A stretch of 60,903 bases of DNA, the filler included, from Sphacelaria rigidula (lineage: Eukaryota): the NCBI GenBank assembly GCA_964200075.2. It is 7 parts of 7 records of this genome, joined end to end, with 100 filler letters (N's around TTAATTAATTAA, not from the genome) between each part and the next. Parts side by side here need not be neighbours in the genome. Positions count along the whole stretch, not along the records: positions 52,291 to 60,903 come from CAXNAA020010601.1; 6 more parts are not named here. One strand, given 5' to 3'. The position numbers and the translations under genes were made by a program. Shown in pieces: positions 60,405 to 60,903 of this stretch. The number at the start of each line of letters is the position of its first letter. The first letter of the stretch is position 1. The notes beneath the pieces are model-generated. The model did no database searches. It saw only the letters and a program-made list of their open reading frames with translations, and was not told the origin of the DNA.

Positions 60405-60903
60405 TCCCAAATGCTTTGGCGATTTGGCGCTGATGATTATATAAAATAGTGACCGGGCGGATCTTACCACCTCAGAGACGCGTGCAGCACTGTCTGACAG
60501 GATTCGAGCGAGCTTTCCCAATTATTCGTAAGCCCAGTTCAACTTTTAGGCCGGACTACTGTAGCGAGGATTCATACAGCTCCAGGGAACCTTCGGCTTA
60601 TATAGAAGAAGCCAAGATGACATCAAAGAGGAGCGATTGTTTTTTGCATCTATGAGAAACCGCTAGTCTGGCCTGACGTAAAACTAGGTGCGCAAACGAT
60701 CGAGAGCGTACGCTGACATCCTCTGAGAGAGTAAATACACCAAGTCTCTCCGGGGTAGCATAATCTGCCGAACCCCGTATGCGGAGAGATATCGGAGCTG
60801 ACTCGCCAAAGTAGGCATTGCGAAGACGTATCTACACCCTGTGATATGATGTGACTGCAGGACGTAGCCGTGATCTTGGACAAAAGTGGCATTGAATGAT
60901 GTG

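Noticed and set aside
339..60892. Most short ORFs in the supplied track
   Set aside because: Antisense or off-frame shadows of TEs, microsatellites and introns; the real genes are spliced

Overview
Eukaryotic, repeat-rich DNA, most likely from a brown alga (inferred from short GT-AG exons in long introns and from the repeat families). The window is not one locus. It is seven contigs of 8616, 8616, 8615, 8615, 8614, 8614 and 8613 bp, apparently sorted by length and joined by identical 100-bp spacers (N44-TTAATTAATTAA-N44), so adjacency across spacers means nothing. Contig 1: degenerate Ty1/copia element on the minus strand (gag-PR-IN-RT), plus MITEs and a SINE. Contig 2: heavily decayed DIRS/Ngaro-type tyrosine-recombinase retrotransposon (RT-RNaseH-YR). 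Contig 3: multi-exon Sola2-like DDD transposase pseudogene whose last exon ends in a Tudor-like segment. Contig 4: exons of a HOP2-like meiotic gene, probably with an N-terminal low-complexity extension. Contig 5: six exons of CCT4. Contig 6: three exons of a TBL1/Ebi-like WD40 gene. Contig 7: a ~3-kb inverted duplication built around a G-run-terminated TIR element. The best novelty candidate is the spliced Sola2-like transposase with a putative chromatin-reader tail, together with GAG...CTC-ended MITEs that may depend on it. All family calls come from manual motif recognition; no database search was run.
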